Below are positions 63,578 to 64,000 of a stretch of DNA of 64,000 nt, in pieces; position 1 is the stretch's first letter; each line of letters begins with the position of its first letter. The notes beneath the pieces were generated by a model. The model did no database searches and was not told the origin of the DNA. It was given only the letters and a program-made list of their open reading frames with translations. Source of the stretch: Candidatus Troglogloeales bacterium (GTDB lineage: Bacteria; Nitrospirota; Nitrospiria; SBBL01; SBBA01); NCBI GenBank assembly GCA_005239925.1, contig SBBA01000183.1, positions 27-64,026 of the forward strand. Direction: 5' to 3'. Made by a program: the position numbers and the translations under genes.

Positions 63578-64000
63578 TAGAGACCGATTCGAATGGGGAC
63601 GGGCATGAATGTAACGATGAATAATAGAAGGGATGCGACTCCGAACAGACGGTGCTTTAAATCCAATGGAACCTCTTCATCGATCGTGGGTGGGTGATAG
63701 ATACCCAATAACGTGGCCATCACGCCCCAAAGATACCAACCCTCCCATCCCTGTGTCCCCAACAAAAAGAGAGAGATGATCATGCCAATCGAGAGAAACT
63801 TCTGCTTCTTTCCCAGCAGGGCATAGGCGATATGGCCGCCGTCTAATTGTCCAATGGGGAGTAGATTAAGCGAGGTGACAAAGAGGCCGATCCATCCGGC
63901 AAAGGCAACCGAGTTGAGCGCAAGGTCAAACCCCTGCGCCGGGGTCTTTCCCACGAGGGCGATAATCCATGAAAACATAAGGGGGTCACCCAGTTGCAAC
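63577..64000 (-). CDS. Site-2 protease (peptidase M50) family protein, C-terminal part; the gene continues beyond the window
   Basis: The 'NLLPIGQLDGGHI' motif and TM segments are present. The N-terminal HExxH region is not in the window. The stop overlaps the ABC gene start. Confidence 0.75.
   Translation of the reverse strand, partial: LQLGDPLMFSWIIALVGKTPAQGFDLALNSVAFAGWIGLFVTSLNLLPIGQLDGGHIAYALLGKKQKFLSIGMIISLFLLGTQGWEGWYLWGVMATLLGIYHPPTIDEEVPLDLKHRLFGVASLLLFIVTFMPVPIRIGL

Overview
This is a 64-kb bacterial chromosomal window at roughly 50% GC by eye; I cannot assign a taxon from the sequence alone. Coding density is high.

Housekeeping blocks:
- apbC/mrp.
- A tightly packed minus-strand ilvB-ilvN-ilvC-psd-pssA operon.
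- suhB.
- glgP-nudix-queH, joined by ATGA start/stop overlaps.
- ribBA-ribH-nusB-purB-purS.
- An MsbA-like ABC exporter and a partial site-2 protease at the right edge.

Two larger functional regions:
1. An accessory cell-envelope island (about 2.7-19.1 kb). It holds several lipoproteins, an orphan RHH antitoxin, a vapBC pair, and a membrane DUF4384 protein. It also has a giant CARDB-repeat lipoprotein ending in a caspase-like (C14) domain that is split by one in-frame TAG. Two paralogous HTH regulator plus lipoprotein cassettes and a 1042-aa BNR/TSP3/RTX secreted protein complete it.
2. An 11-gene chemosensory cluster (45.5-61.2 kb): DUF4388 protein, cheY, cheA, cheW, mcp, cheW, mcp, an 821-aa acidic repeat protein, a HEAT-repeat protein, cheR and cheB. 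A motB-motA pair in inverted order, plus an orphan response regulator, lies elsewhere (26.9-29.8 kb).

The most striking non-genic signal is at least four families of small interspersed repeats:
- Families A and B are MITE-like. They have different cores but the same 17-bp terminal inverted repeat, GGGCACCTCTAAAAACC. Several copies carry 4-bp target duplications, and pairs of copies bracket accessory genes.
- Family C is a nested-hairpin element (GTCATTCCGGCA...TGCCGGAATGAC) confined to spacers inside the rib and che gene runs.
- Family D is a ~90-bp element that begins at the first base after a stop codon in all three copies. One copy lies between vapB and vapC.
- GGGCG...CGCCCCTAC REP-like hairpins also occur.

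I saw no rRNA, tRNA, CRISPR array, transposase, integrase or reverse transcriptase.

The best candidates for something undescribed are the exported DUF4384 + CARDB-caspase module with its stop-codon-split catalytic dyad, and the repeat network sharing one TIR. Both are hypotheses built from reading the sequence by eye, not demonstrated systems.
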